Shown here: piece by piece, positions 13,969-27,391 of the stretch
How positions within the stretch are numbered: position 1 is the first letter of the stretch
How the letters are laid out: each line of letters starts with the position of its first letter
Assembly (NCBI GenBank): GCA_951406725.2
Contig: OX597822.1
Coordinates: forward strand, 24,242,001 to 24,306,000
Origin: Octopus vulgaris
Taxonomy: Eukaryota
Reading direction: 5' to 3'
Length of the DNA: 64,000 nucleotides
The notes under the pieces: generated by a model
Seen by the model: the letters and a program-made list of their open reading frames with translations, nothing else
What the model was told of the DNA's origin: nothing
Database searches by the model: none
Program-made: the position numbers and the translations under genes

Positions 13969-15994
13969 CTGTGCCGGTGGCACATAAAAAGCATCAACTG
14001 ACCGTGGACGTTGCCAGCCTCCTCTGGCCCCTGTGCAGGTGGCACATAGAAAGCACCCACTACACTAATGGAGTGGTTGTCATTAGGAAGGGCATCCAGC
14101 TGTAGAAACACTGCCATATCAGACTGGAGCCTGGTGCAGCCTCCTGGTTTCCCAGACCCCAGTTGAACCGTCCAACCCATGCTAGCATAGAAAACGGACG
14201 TTAAAAAATGATGATGATATGAGAGAGAGAGAGAAAATATATGCAAAGTTGTTTAAGCCTTTTGCATTTCAACCGGCTAAAATCAGAATCCATGGGACCC
14301 ACTGCCTCTTATTGCATCAGAGAATTGAAATCCACTACCTGGTATTGCATCAGAGCGTTATTATTATAATTCCATAAGGGACTTTGTGACAGAGTCGTTG
14401 GTGTAAAACAAATATGCCTTGCAATATTTATGCCAATTTCTTCTTTTACACGTTTCAGTCATTTGACTGCAGCCATGCTGGAGCACTGCCTTAAAGGATT
14501 TTTTAGCTAAAGAAATCAACTACAGGCCTTTGTAAGCCTAGTACTTATTCTATTGGTCTCTTTTGCCAAACCACCAGGTTATGGGGACATAAACACACCA
14601 CCATCAGTTGTCAACTGATGGTGGGGGAACACGGACACACACATATACATAAATACATATACATATATGTATATACGATGGGCTTCTATCAGTTTTCATC
14701 TACCAAATCCTCTCACAAGACTTTGATCAGGCCAAGGCTGTAGTAGAAGACACTTAAGGTGCCATGCAGTGGGACTGAACCAGGAACTATGTGGTTGGGA
14801 AGGAGGCTTCTTACTTCTTTACTACCCACAAGGGGCTAAACGCAGAGGAGACAAACAAGGACAGACAAACGGATTAAGTCGATTACATCAACCCCAGTGC
14901 GTAACTGGTACTTAATTTATGAACCCCGAAGGAATGAAAGGCAAAGTCACCTCAGCGAAATTTGAACTCAGAACGTAATGGCAGACAAAATACTGCTAAG
15001 CATTTTGCCCGGCGTGCTAATGTTTCTGCCAGCTCGCCGAAGGAGGCTTCTTACAGCCACACCTTCTGAGTTCAATTCTCACCGAAGTCAACTTTGCCTT
15101 TCATCCCGCTAGGGATGATGAAATAAATTACCAGTAAAGTACTGGGTTGATGATATTGACTAATTCCCTGTCCTCAGAATTGGTGGCCTTGAACTTAACT
15201 TAGAAACCATCGCAAAATTGGAAACATAGGAGCAAGCATGGCTTTGTGGTTGAGAGGTTTGCTTTCCAACCACATGGTTCCAGATTCAGACCCACTGTGT
15301 GGCACTTAGAGCAAATGTCTTCTACTAAAGCCCTGGACCAACCAAAGCCTTGTGAGTGAACTTGGTAGATGGAAATTGCAAGAAGCCTGTTGTATATGTA
15401 TGCATAAATACATGTGTGAATGCACGTATGTTTGTGCCTTCTTGCTTTGACATTGCACGATTGCTTGTATGACAGTGACCTCATTAACAGCCGTGTCATT
15501 CATTTCCAGTATGTTGCAAAAACATGTCTGGTCATGGGGAAATATTACCTCGTGATTGTGAGTCTGATACTCTAACCACTGAGCTATGCACCGTTACACA
15601 CTCACACACATTCTCACTTATATACAAGGATTCTGGTAAATTACAATTTGTCATACGACACTCTGGATCTCATCCACTTATTTGTGTTTAAACATTTTGT
15701 GAAAATACAAATGTCTCGCATAGGTACAGGGCGATAAATATTTAAGAAAGGAGAGAGGAAGCATGTAGTGAATCGACCCCAGTATTGGTGGTGGTGGTGG
15801 TGGGGTTATTTTATTGATCTTAGTGTCCTGGTGGGGTGAAGTACTAAACATGGACCCTTGTAGGATTTGAAGTGCAATGTGAAAGGAACTAAAGTAAATA
15901 TTAGCAGACCTTTCAGCGGGATTTCTGCATTCTCTCTTTATCATTTCCATATAACATCTTAGATATTGTCATTGGGAGTAATATATCTTTTGGT

Positions 15995-16550
15995 TAAGAG
16001 AGAGGGCATAAGAGGTGAGAAAGAGAGGTGTATGGATGGGAAAATGAAGTGGCAAAGAGAGAGGAGAATAAGTAAGGGAGAGAGAGGCATATGGATGGAA
16101 GAATGAGGCGAAAAGTGAGAGGAGAATAAATGAGGGAGAGAGAGAAGGTAAGAAGTGAGAGACAAGTGTATATAAGAGAGAAATGGGAGAACATGAGAGA
16201 AAGAGAGGTGTAGTTGAAAGAGTGATTGTGTGAGAGGAAGGTAGGTGAGAAAGATAGAAAGAGGAATGGGAGAGAGAGAAAAATGAGAAGAGAGAGAGAA
16301 GAAAATGAGAATAGAGAGAGAGAAGAGGAAATGAGGAGAGAGAGAGAGAGAAAGAAGAAAATGAGAAGAGAGAGAGAAGAAAATGAGGAGAGAGAGAGAG
16401 AAGAAAATGAGAGGAGAGAGAGAAGAAAATGAGAATAGAGAGAGATCGAGAGAAGAAAATGAGAATAGAGAGAGAGAGAGAGAGAGAGAGAGAAGAAAAT
16501 GAGAATAGATAGAGAGAGAAAGAAGAATTAGAGAAAAAGAGAAAGAAAGT
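15995..16550. repeat. GA-rich low-complexity/minisatellite tract (GAGAAGAAAATGAG units)
   Basis: Direct inspection; it lies ~60 bp inside the intron next to the exon 1 donor. Confidence 0.9.
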
Positions 16551-16612
16551 GTTAACTCAAATGGTAGAAGTACAAAGCACCAACTGCAAAGAATCGTCTT
16601 TTTGGTACTTAC

Positions 16613-16922
16613 CGTTTCCAAACAACTGTTCTTTCATTTCTTCATAAATGCTGCTGTGCGTCTTGTGTAAGTTTGAGCAGAGAAGTGGCCAGAGGGTCTT
16701 TCGTAAAGGGTGGTCAACTGGCCAATGATTTGACCTGAGAAATAATTTCAGAGGTTTTCTGTCCCGCAAGTTAAGCAACTGTCGCAGTTCCTCTTCAGAA
16801 GAACTTGGCGTTCGGATGGGCGACGAAGACTGATTAGCCGTTAGGGAGTTGACTTTGGTATTGAAATCGGTTATCTTGCCCACGTCGACGTATTGGGTGA
16901 ATACTGAATTGGCTTCTTCCAT
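16613..16922 (-). CDS. TBC1D24: TBC1D24/skywalker-like Rab-GAP (TBC-TLDc protein), first coding exon
   Basis: ATG at 16922. Translation MEEANSVFTQYVD...LKLFLRSNHWPVDHPLRKTLWPLLC...YEEMKEQLFGN resembles the TBC1D24/Sky N-terminus (human LKQLARQGYW..LRGKVY). Donor G|GTAAGT follows 16613; the exon is 310 nt, phase 1. Confidence 0.9.
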
Positions 16923-17584
16923 GATGAAGGTAATAATAAATTAAAGGTTCTTCTCTATACGATGATTATGGTAGTTCTGTGGCTTCTAATGGTGGGGAAG
17001 CTATGACAATGATGACAGTGGTGATTGTGGTGGCGTTTACAAAACAAGCTAGAATCTCAATTATTATTGCACAATGACTATGTCTGTTGTCCAGTTAAAT
17101 CTGCCAGTTTTAGAAGGGAAGAGGAAAATATTCACAACAGTTGTATGAATTTTAATGAAGTGCTGTCTGTCAAATAAACTGACAATGAGAAATTAATAAG
17201 CCTGCTTGTTAATTTGCAAAGAAAATATAATTAACAAACTACTAGTATAAACTTGAAAATAAGCTTGAAAAATAAACTGGGGAATTGATTATAAATAGTT
17301 GAAAATTTTAAATATTATGAAAAAAAAAAGATAATACTGTTCTTTAAATGTCCAAGGGAATTGATAAAACGCATATATAAATAAATAGATTTAGTTTTGT
17401 TCTTTGTAATGATGTATCGACGGGATTTTTAGGATACTGAATCAGTTGTTTGAAATAGCTTTGTGAGTTTGATCAATCATAAAATATCTCGTTAAAATCC
17501 TGGGGTAGTAACATAGGCGTATTTAAGTAGGAGTTATGTTTCCAGATTTTATTGAGATCAATTTTGTTTATTGCACAGACAAGC

Positions 17585-17619
<35 letters not shown>

Positions 17620-18243
17620 CTATTTGTTTTGTTTTGTTTCTTTTGATTTGCAAACTTACTTTCAAGTGCTTTATTTAACGAGCAGTTGAAGAATATTTTT
17701 TTTTATTTTTAATTCTAAATAGAATAAGTTATAAATAAAATAGAGTATTTGCTAAACCTTTTGTAAAAGAGGTTTTAAAAAAAAACAAAAAAAAACATTG
17801 GAGAAGGTAATAAATAATTAAAAAAAGGTAAAAAATGTCAGCTTGTTACTATAATTTACGATGACAGAAGAACATAAATTAAGGTAGACACAAAATATTT
17901 ATTTATATATACAAATGATGAACTTTGAAGGAGTCCACCCACAACTGTTGAAGTGAAATAGATTGCTAGCTTGAATACTTGTAAACAACAGCACTAAATT
18001 ATTTCAGATGTAACATGAAGAGTAGGGTAGGATTGTGAGCCATTTGCAAACTCAACTGACATAGTTTATCCATTGTCTGCTATCCAAATGTGGTGGTGCT
18101 GCATCATAGCAATTTTGTCTACTGCACTCGAATGGCACACATTAACCAGCAATTACTTGCAGGAAGCTGGTTGTTGTTTGATACAAGAATTCTGAAGAGA
18201 AACGGTCAAGAATTTTCTTTCTTCTTTTGTGCAATTGAAATAT
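16923..18243 (-). other. Putative 5' UTR part of the first coding exon of the TBC1D24-like gene
   Basis: A strong acceptor (TTTTCCTTTTTTTCTTTCAG) ends at 18244. The 1.3 kb between it and the ATG has no SINEs, unlike the flanking introns. Nearer acceptors cannot be excluded. Confidence 0.45.
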
Positions 18244-18490
18244 CTGAAAGAAAAAAAGGAAAATAGATTACTTCAACATTCATGAATGGAACAGGGACAA
18301 TATTGTTTTCTTTGGACAAAGTGCAGGAGTGGCTGTGTGGTAAGTAGCTTGTTTACCAACCACATGGTTCCGGGTTCAGTCCCACTACGTGGCACCTTCA
18401 GCAAGTGTCTTCTACTATAGCCTTGGGCCAACCAAAGCCTTGTCAGTGGATTTGGCAGACGGAAACTGAAAGCAGCCCATTGTATATATG

Positions 18491-18523
<33 letters not shown>

Positions 18524-19132
18524 CTGTGTTTGTCCCCCCAACATCGCTTGACAACAGATACTGGTGTGTTTACATCACCGTAACTGAGCGGTTCGGCAAA
18601 AAAGACCGATAGACTAAGTACTAGGTTTACAAAGAATAAGTCCTGGGGTCGAATTGCTTGACTAAAGGTGGTGCTCCAGCATGGCCACAGTCAAATGACT
18701 GAAACAAGTAAAAAACAAAAGCGCAAAGACAATTCTTATAGAAGAAATAGAAAAACTGACCCCAAGAGAGCCTTTGTATGGTCCGACTCAGAAGGCTATA
18801 GTACAAGATATTTGCCCAAGGTACCACACAGTGGGACTGAACCCAGAACCAAGTGGTTAGGAAGCAAACTTCTTACCACACAGCCACTAGAAAAAAAAAA
18901 GTCTTATCATAGGTTCTTGATCAGAACCTATGTGGAAACAAACAATAAGAACAGGTATTTATTTTATTGGTTGCAGATGGCTAAAAAGATAAACTCTAAC
19001 TGCTATGGAATTTGATCTAGCAATGTAAAGAAGGCCGATAGAAATTACTGTAAAGCATTTAATTCCATACCCCGCCTTATTTCTGTCAACTTGTCATCAC
19101 GTCAGATAAATATTTGTGATAAGAAGGATTAA

Positions 19133-20019
19133 CCCTTTAGCATTCAGATATGTTTCTTTATTAGCCACACAGGGGACAAATTACAAAGTAGAGCTTTTCT
19201 TTTTGGGGAGAAAAAAGAAAAGAAAACAAAACAAAAAGAAAAAATAGAAAGGGGGGTAGGTTTTCAATCAAAAGGGATCGTAAAAAGAGAGGAAAAAAAC
19301 GATCAATAGGGATCGTGTATCACAGAAATGTCATGATGTAAAGTGTAAAGGGGGAAGCAGTTAAGGCTTATCTGTGGAAAGAAAAGCCTACGGAAAAGAC
19401 CACGGTAACCTCGGTCAGTAATGTTACATGTTACCACATTTGTTTACAAGTAGGTAACTCTCTGTTTTAAATTTTTCCGGGTTCATAGGATTATGCTCAA
19501 GGTGGCTTCATCATTCATACGTGCCATCCTTGCTACATTCATCCATCTTTTTTTGAAACATTCGCTAGACAAAACTTGCCTCTCTACTCTCACTTTCCTT
19601 TTCAAGGGATACATGAAGAAGTTGATGAGAGATTGACCAGAGAGGAGAGTGTTTGTCTCCAATCCTTTCAGACGCATCCACCAGATACATTCTTTCGCCA
19701 TAGCTACAAGTATGATGAAAATAGCTCTTCCTTCCAGTTTGAAGGAAGGAGGCGTGATGATATTGACGATAGACTTGGCTGATATACCGACTCATCCCAC
19801 ACGTGACAGCAGTCGTTCGACATAAGCCCACAGGTCGGAAAGCTCTGTCAAAAGTTGAGTTAATCATGCATTATCTTGTAGCTTTGAAATTTAGATTATA
19901 GGATTGCATACTTTTTCTATGACATTGTAGGGTAAGTGTGAGAGGCTAAATCTGGCCAGTTTGAACATAACACAAATAGAATATTTTGGTCAGATACAGC
20001 TGGTTTAAATGCTAAAGGG
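19133..20019. mobile_element. piggyBac-like MITE interrupted by the LINE (other copies ~36465-36664 and ~41332-41540)
   Basis: TTAA|CCCTTTAGCATT...AATGCTAAAGGG|TTAA. Confidence 0.85.
19150..19857 (-). mobile_element. 5'-truncated Tx1/L1-like LINE 3' end
   Basis: ORF2-like C-terminus AKECIWW.RLKG...LKRKVRVERQVL..ECFKKRW, then a T-rich 3' UTR ending CCCCTGTGTGGCTAATAAAGAAAC. It is inserted in a piggyBac MITE. Confidence 0.65.
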
Positions 20020-23000
20020 TTAAGCCTTTTGTTACTATATTTCTGTTGAAATACATTGTTTTATTTCACTTAACATTGGTTTCAAATTTTGGCACAAGGC
20101 CAGCAATTTCGAGTTGGGGGTAAGTCAGTTACATTGACATGATTCTGAAGCTCACTGCCTTGACAAGCCAGAAATATTGGCATCAAATTTTGGCGCAAGG
20201 CCAGCAATTTTGGGGAAGGGGTTGGCTGTGTGGTAAGTAGCTTGCTTACCAACCACATGGTTCTGGGTTCAGTCCCACTGTGTGGCACCTTCGGCAAGTG
20301 TCTTCTACTATAGCCTCGGGCTGACCAAAGCCTTGAGTGGATTTGGTAGTGGATTTGCTGTTTGTTGAGACATGGTTTCTACAACTGGATGCCCTTCCTA
20401 ATGCCAACCACTTAACAGTGTGTGCTGGGTGCTTTTTACATGCTACCAGCACAGGTGCATTTGGCATGTAAAATGTACCCAGCACACATCTGTGTTTGTC
20501 ACCCCCACCACCACCACTGCTGTTTTATAACTAATGTTGGTTTGTTTAGGCATAGGAGTGGCTGTGTGGTAAGTAGCTTGCTTATGAACCACATGGTTTT
20601 GGGATCAGTCCCGCTGCGTGGCACCTTGAGCAAGTGTCTTCGACCAAAGCTTTGTGAGTGGATTTGGTAGGACGGAAACTGACAGAAGCTGGTCATATAT
20701 ATATATACATATGTATGTGTGTTTGTCCTCCCAACATCACTTGACAATCGATGTTGTGTTTACGTCCCCGTAACTTAGCAGTTTGGTAAGAGAACCTAAA
20801 AGAATAAGTCCCAGGGTTGATTCATTCAACTAAAATCTATTCAAGGCAGTACCGTAGCATGGCCACAGTTCAATGACTGAGACAACAGATAAAGATCAGT
20901 ACTTGGTGCTAATATATAAACGGTAACTCAATAGATTGGTCCGGTTGTCTTGGAAAGTGAAATAAAACATAAATCATCAGAAAAAAATAAAATATTTTCT
21001 GAAGATAAATGGCTACAATTAATATAATTACCTCGAGAGCTTTGTCAAAAGAATTAAGTATTTCTAGATAAGGATAAAATTTCAAAGTGAAGATCAAAAA
21101 TTACAATGTTGAAATAATAATTAAACAGAAATGGGCTCACTTAGACTTATAAAGTTGACTTTAATGCCTAAGCAGATGGCAGTTAGAACACAGCTGTACC
21201 TGAGATTCTGATTTGGTTGAAGGAAAAAAAAAAAAAAAGAACCTGTCAATAAACTCCAGCTAAGGCAATCAGGATTTTAATACAAGTCTTATGGTTCTGC
21301 CACAGACGGAGCCAGCTGCTGTTTGTAATATATAAGGACAAGCAGGATTTATTTTCAGTGCTTTCTAAGATTCCTGAGGTGAAATCATGTGCTGAAACAG
21401 ATGTTATGCTTTAAGAGAGTCAGTTTTATTTCATTTCATTTTATTAACATTATAGGCACAGGAGTGTGGTAAGTAGCTTGCTTACCAACCACATGGTTCC
21501 GGGTTCAGTCCCACTGCATGGCAACTTGGGCAAGTGTCTTCTACTATAGCCTTGGGCTGACCAAAGCCTTGTGAGTGGATTTGGTAGACGGAAACTGGAA
21601 AGAAGCCCGTCGTATATTTATGTATATGTATATATATATATGTGTGTGTGTTTGTGTGTCTGCGTTTGTCCCCCCAACATCGCTTGACAACCGATGCTGG
21701 TGTGTTTACAGCGGTAAAACAGACCGATAGAATAAGTACTAGGCTTATAAAGAATAAGTCCTGGGGTCGATTTGCTCAACTAAAGGCGGTGCTCCAAATG
21801 CTTCAAATGACTGAAACAAGTAAAAGAGTAAAGAGTATTAGTCAATTCGCTAACTAATTTACCAATTAGCTAATTGATTGCTTGACTAATAGTTTGATCA
21901 CTAAATCAATCATTTCAATTTCATTGCCATTCATGACCTCATCAATGTCATAGCTACAATGCTCCAGGTCTGTTACTCTGTATCAAAATTATAAGATTAC
22001 TTCTGACTAGTGACACACATTTAATTTTATTTATTTGTTTTTGTGAACCACAAACATGGGGGAACACAAATTAAATCACCACCATAGAAAAACAAACAAA
22101 TGAATTTCATTACCAACAACCATATCAACAACACCTTCATTTTTCTCTACTCTCTATTGAAAGACAAAAACCTAACAACTTTTGCAGTAATCATACTTAT
22201 TGATATTCTATAAATTCTTCTTGGTTTAACAGTTGACCATTAACTCTTTTGAGACACATGTTTAGCCATGTTTTTCCTGTTGAGATTGAAAATTTGGGGT
22301 GCAGGTAGAAAACAAAGGACAAAGTGCCTAAAGCTAATTTATTAATATGTAAAACTATATATTATATAGTTTTATATTATATCAACTGAAAGATGATCCT
22401 GGGCCAATGGATTAGCCTCAAAGTCCTTTCAACTTGTATTACTTGGGCCAGTCAATCAGCCTGAGATTCCCAAGACAGTTAGCAACCTTACAAATTTCAT
22501 TAGGTTCTGGACTTTGCTCTATTTAGATATGAAATTTTAATTTTCTTGGAATTCTTAAAATTTTCTTGGAAACTGATAAGGTGTAAAGAGTGATCCTAAC
22601 AAAAGCTAACCCAGGAATAATGAAAGACCAAAGTTTAGACAGTGTGATGGTTTTCCCCCGAATAGAAGTCATTGAGTGTGAGGCAGCACTCTGCTGGAGA
22701 TGCAATTCATTTTCATGATGAACCAATGAAAAAGCTTCTCTGTTAGGGTGTTGTACCCACAATTGCAAGATTATGCTTTCTCTGTGATTGCTTAGTCTGC
22801 AAAAAAACAGCAACCAAATCTACTCAAATCACAACCTGCCAGTACAAGAAATGATACACTGGATTGTGTTCTTTGGTCCTTAATATATTATGGCTGAAGG
22901 GAAAAAAAAATGGATGTGGTAGCTATGGTTGGAACACCTGATTTATCACGTCTGATCAATTGAGGGGTAACTAGGGGTTAAACAAGAACAGTAATAGCTT

Positions 23001-25269
23001 TTTCTTGAAGAGACAGAGTTCCCACCAGAAAGGGAATTTCTATGAAAGCATTGCTTTTTCTTTTTTTTTAAACTTTTTTATGACTTAATCAGAAGAAGTG
23101 GGGAAACATCTATGACCATTTTTTAAAGACCTCCAAGAATCATAGAAGGAAAAGAGGAAGAGGTTGTTCTCTTACTGGAAGACCTGGACTAAATGCTAGC
23201 TACAAAAGTGCCAAAGGATCAGATAGTGGTAGTGGTCGCAATGGCAGTGGTGACAGTGGAGGTGGTCATAATGGTGGTGGCAGTGGTTGTTGTGTTAAAC
23301 AGAATAATGAATCAAGTCTATTGACCCCAATAGATTTTGGAAAGATGTCACTTTTTCTTTCTTTTTGTTAACAGTTTGTTTTAGCGAGATCTTATTTTTT
23401 TATTGCCCACAAGGGCTAAACATAGAGGGGAAAAACAAGGACAGACAGACAGATTAAGTCGATTACATTGACTCCAGTGCGTAACTGGTACTTATTTAAT
23501 CGACCCCGAAAGGATGAAAGGCAAAGTTGACCTTGGCAGAATTTGAACTCAGAATGTAATGGCAGACAAAATACCACTAAGCATTTCACCCGGCGTGCTA
23601 ATGATTCTGCCAGCTCGCCGCCTTTGGCAAGAAGATCTGTATGGCCCACTGAGAAAGTGGCATTTGACTTTCTTGACTACCCACAAGTCACGAACTGCAA
23701 GGCAAATACAAGGGTAAGATGTAAATTACAGATGGCTGTAATTCTCCTTAGGATAAAGATTGGGCTTGGTGGCTAGTTCAGGTTGTGATAGTTGCCACAA
23801 TAGTAAGAGCAGGACAGTGGTCACAATATTGATGATGGAGAGAATTACTTGGATGGACCTGAGTAGAGGTAACATGAGACCAACCACCTCCAAGGGACAA
23901 AGGCCACTGGTAGTAATGACATATAATGTATGATTGAAGAGGTTGAAGTGTGTTAGTAAGCAGCTCCATGCCCTGCCAAATAGTCAGGTAGTTTTTGTGT
24001 GGTGGGGGATGTCTTATAAAATGTACATGTGATGGTTCTCCAAAAGGTGGATGTATAGAATATCTGGAAATAGGTGCAGGCATGGCTGTGTGGTAAGAAG
24101 TTTGATTCCCAACAACATGGTTCTGGGTTCAGTCCCACTGTGTGACACCTTAGGCAGACAAAAGCCTTGTGATAGGATTTTGAAGACTGAAACTGAAAGA
24201 AGCTGTTGTATACACTTGTGTGTGTGTGTGTATGTGTTGTCTGTCCCCCATCACTGCTTGACAACCGGTGTTGGTGTGTTTACATCCTCATAACTTAGTG
24301 GTTCAGCAAAAGAGCCCAACAGAACAAGTTCCAGGCTTAAAGAAAGTACTGATGTTGATTCATTTGACTAAAATTATTCAAGGCAGTGCTCCAACATGGC
24401 CAGTCTAATGAGTGAAACAAATAAAATAACAAAATAATAAAACAACAAAAATATAGACTTGTCAATTAGACCCAGTCATTCACCTTGATACACAATGTGA
24501 AAATATGTGTAGCAGCAATACTGTCCAAATGTTTGTCCTTCTCAAGACATACCTGGCTCATAGGGCCGGTTTCCCGGTTTCCTTGGCATATAGGTTCCCC
24601 ACCTGGATGGGACGCCGGTCCGTCACAGGTGAGCTGCAAGATGCAGGAGGGAAGAGTGAGAGAAAGTTGTGGCGAAAGAGTCAGCAGAAGTTCACCATTA
24701 CCTTCTGCCAGAGCCGCGTGGAGCTTCAGGTGTTTCGCTCATAAACACACACATCGCCCGGTCTGAGATTCGAACCCGTGATCACTCGACCGCGAGTCTG
24801 CTGCTCTAACCACTAGGCCATGTGCCTCCACACTGTCCAAATATAGGGGACAGTCCTTCATTGTGGGGGTCTTACTTGGTCTTGATAGACTCTTAGCAAC
24901 TGTCAGGAGCTGAAGTATTTATTTTATGGCCCTTAAAAACAGACTTGTCAAACGAACATATCTAAATACACAAAGGTATTTTAAAAACAGTTCATTCCAT
25001 TTCTGACAATCTGCACTTCTAACTTCGGCTTACTAATGACACACTTCATTTTGTCAGGAACCAACTGAAAGACAACGTAAATATGAGGTCACCTAGATGA
25101 TGTTGAAAGGAATTGACAGTCATGGTTTCACATTTCTTTGATAATTATGTAACACAGAAGAAAAAGATAATTAGAAACAAACAAACCACAAAGAAATTTT
25201 TTTTCTCAGATAAGAAATTCTGGCTAATGAACTCCATCTGAGAAACTAAAAAAATTGCTTTTAATCTAG

Positions 25270-25630
25270 TTTCTCTCTCTCTGTATGTCCCTCTCTCCCA
25301 CTCTGAATGTCCCCTCTCTCTCTGTATGCTCCTTTCACTGTCTCTCTCTCTTTGTATGTCCTTGTCTCCCTGTGTAAGTCCTTCTCCCTCTCTGTATATC
25401 TTTCTCTCTCTGTCTCTCTTTCTGTATGTCACCCCTCTCTTTCTCTCTCTGTATGTCTCTCCCTCCTCTCTCTCTCTTTCTTTCTGTATGCCCCTCTCAC
25501 TGTCTTTCTCTGCATGTCCGTCTCTCTCTCTCTCTCTCTCTGTAAGTCCCTCTCCCTCTCTGTATGTCACTCCTCTCCTTCTCTCTCTATGTCCCCCCCT
25601 CTCTCTCTGTATGTCTCCCTCCTATCTCTT
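25270..25630. repeat. CT-rich minisatellite (CTCTCTCTGTATGTC units)
   Basis: Direct inspection. Confidence 0.9.
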
Positions 25631-26641
25631 GAATTTTGTAGACAAAAACTATATGGAAGCCCACACTCATCATCATCACTTAACGTCCGTTTTCCATGCT
25701 GGCATGGGTTGGACAGTTTGACCAGATCTGGTATGTCTGGGGTGGGGGTAGGAAGGAGGGGTGTAACACCATGCTCCATTGTCTGTTCTGGCATGGTTTC
25801 TATGGCTAGACACCCTTCCTAACACCAACCACTCTACAGAGTGTACTGGCTACTTTTAATGTGGCACCAGCACCAGTGCTTTTAATGTGACACTAGCTCC
25901 CGCATCAATTCTGCTGTGGTGGGTAGATCTTCTTGAGTGCAGCACAGTGCCGAATATCCCAGTCTTTCGTCATTTCCTTCATAACACACAATGTCTTCAG
26001 ATTGGCCTTCAATACTCCATCCCATGTCTTCCTGGAACTCCTTCTTCCACAAGTTCCATCCACTTTAAGTCATTGACAATTCTGTATGTAATGTGTATGA
26101 GTGTGAATATACATATATGTGTGTACCTGCGTTTGTCCCCCACACCACTTGACAATCAGTGTGGATTTGTTTATGTCCCTGTGACTTTGTGGTTCAGCAA
26201 ACACAATCAATAATCATTTAATAAAATAAAACTCTTCTTTTTTTTATTTTATCTTTTACTTGTTTCAGTCATTAGACTGCAGCCATGCTGGGTCACCACC
26301 TTGAGGGATTTTAGTCAATTGAATCAAGCCCCTGTAATTAATTTTCATTTTTTAAAATCTGGTAATTATTCTATCAGTCTATTTTGCCAAACCACTTACT
26401 TCATTATGGGGACATAAACACACCAAAACTGGTTGTGAAGTGGTGTTGGGGACAGACACAGGCACAAAGACACACACACGTGTGTGTGTGTGTGTATTTG
26501 CTTAGGCATTGTGAAACTAATAACCTGATGCAGAACTCAATATATGTATGTTTTATAACAAAGTGTTAGATACGTATAGAAAAGTAATAGGAAAAACAAT
26601 GGTTATGTTATGAACATAACCATTGTTTTGCATGTGTCATT

Positions 26642-26697
<56 letters not shown>

Positions 26698-26716
26698 GTG
26701 TGTGTGTGTGTGTGTG

Positions 26717-27016
26717 TGGAGATACAATGGCCCAGTGGTTAGGGCAGCGGACTCGCGGTCAGAGGATCGCGGTTTCGATTCCCAGACCGTTGTGTGTGTT
26801 TATCGAGCGAAAACACCTAAAAGCTCCACGAGGCTCCGGCAGGGGGTGGTGATCCCTGCTGTACTCTTTCACCACTCTTTCTCTCACTCTTTCTTCTGTT
26901 GGCCTGCTCGCTTAGCCAGCGGGGTGGCATCATTCGAAGGCTAAAACAATGCGAACGCATTGTGACCAGCGATGTGTAGCAACATCTGATTGTCTGGTTG
27001 GTCACGTGATCACGCG
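26717..27016 (+). mobile_element. tRNA(Arg)-like SINE family, possibly octopus OR1/OR2 (other copies: 10096-10401-, 24540-24830-, 40830-41120-, 50040-50327-)
   Basis: TGGCCCAGTGGTTAGGGCAGCGGACTCGCGG...GGTTTCGATTCCC head. Two alternative tails occur among the copies. The family name is from recall. Confidence 0.75.
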
Positions 27017-27350
27017 ATATATATATATATTCTTATATTATTTATATATATATTTTTCTTATATTATTTATATATATATATATATGTTATTGTGTCTGAT
27101 GATAGTCATTCTCTTTTAGTGCCTTATTAATTTAACACACTCACCGGTCCGATTTCCACTCTTTTCAATAGTAATTGAAAAGACTATTGAAAAGGTTGCA
27201 AAATGCAACAAAAATTTTAGTAAAAATAAATAAGTACTGTGCCCAGTGGCTTTACTCTTCCTGCTTTAGCTTCATTACTATGGCAACAGTCCAGATGCTT
27301 ATTGATCAGACCACATATAGCATGCCAGCATGGAAAATGGATGTTAAATG

Positions 27351-27391
<41 letters not shown>

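Noticed and set aside
15959-16621. 220-aa hydrophobic ORF
   Set aside because: Translation of the GA/CT low-complexity tract.
26717-26790. tRNA gene
   Set aside because: It is the tRNA-like head of a multi-copy SINE, with no complete acceptor stem or terminator.
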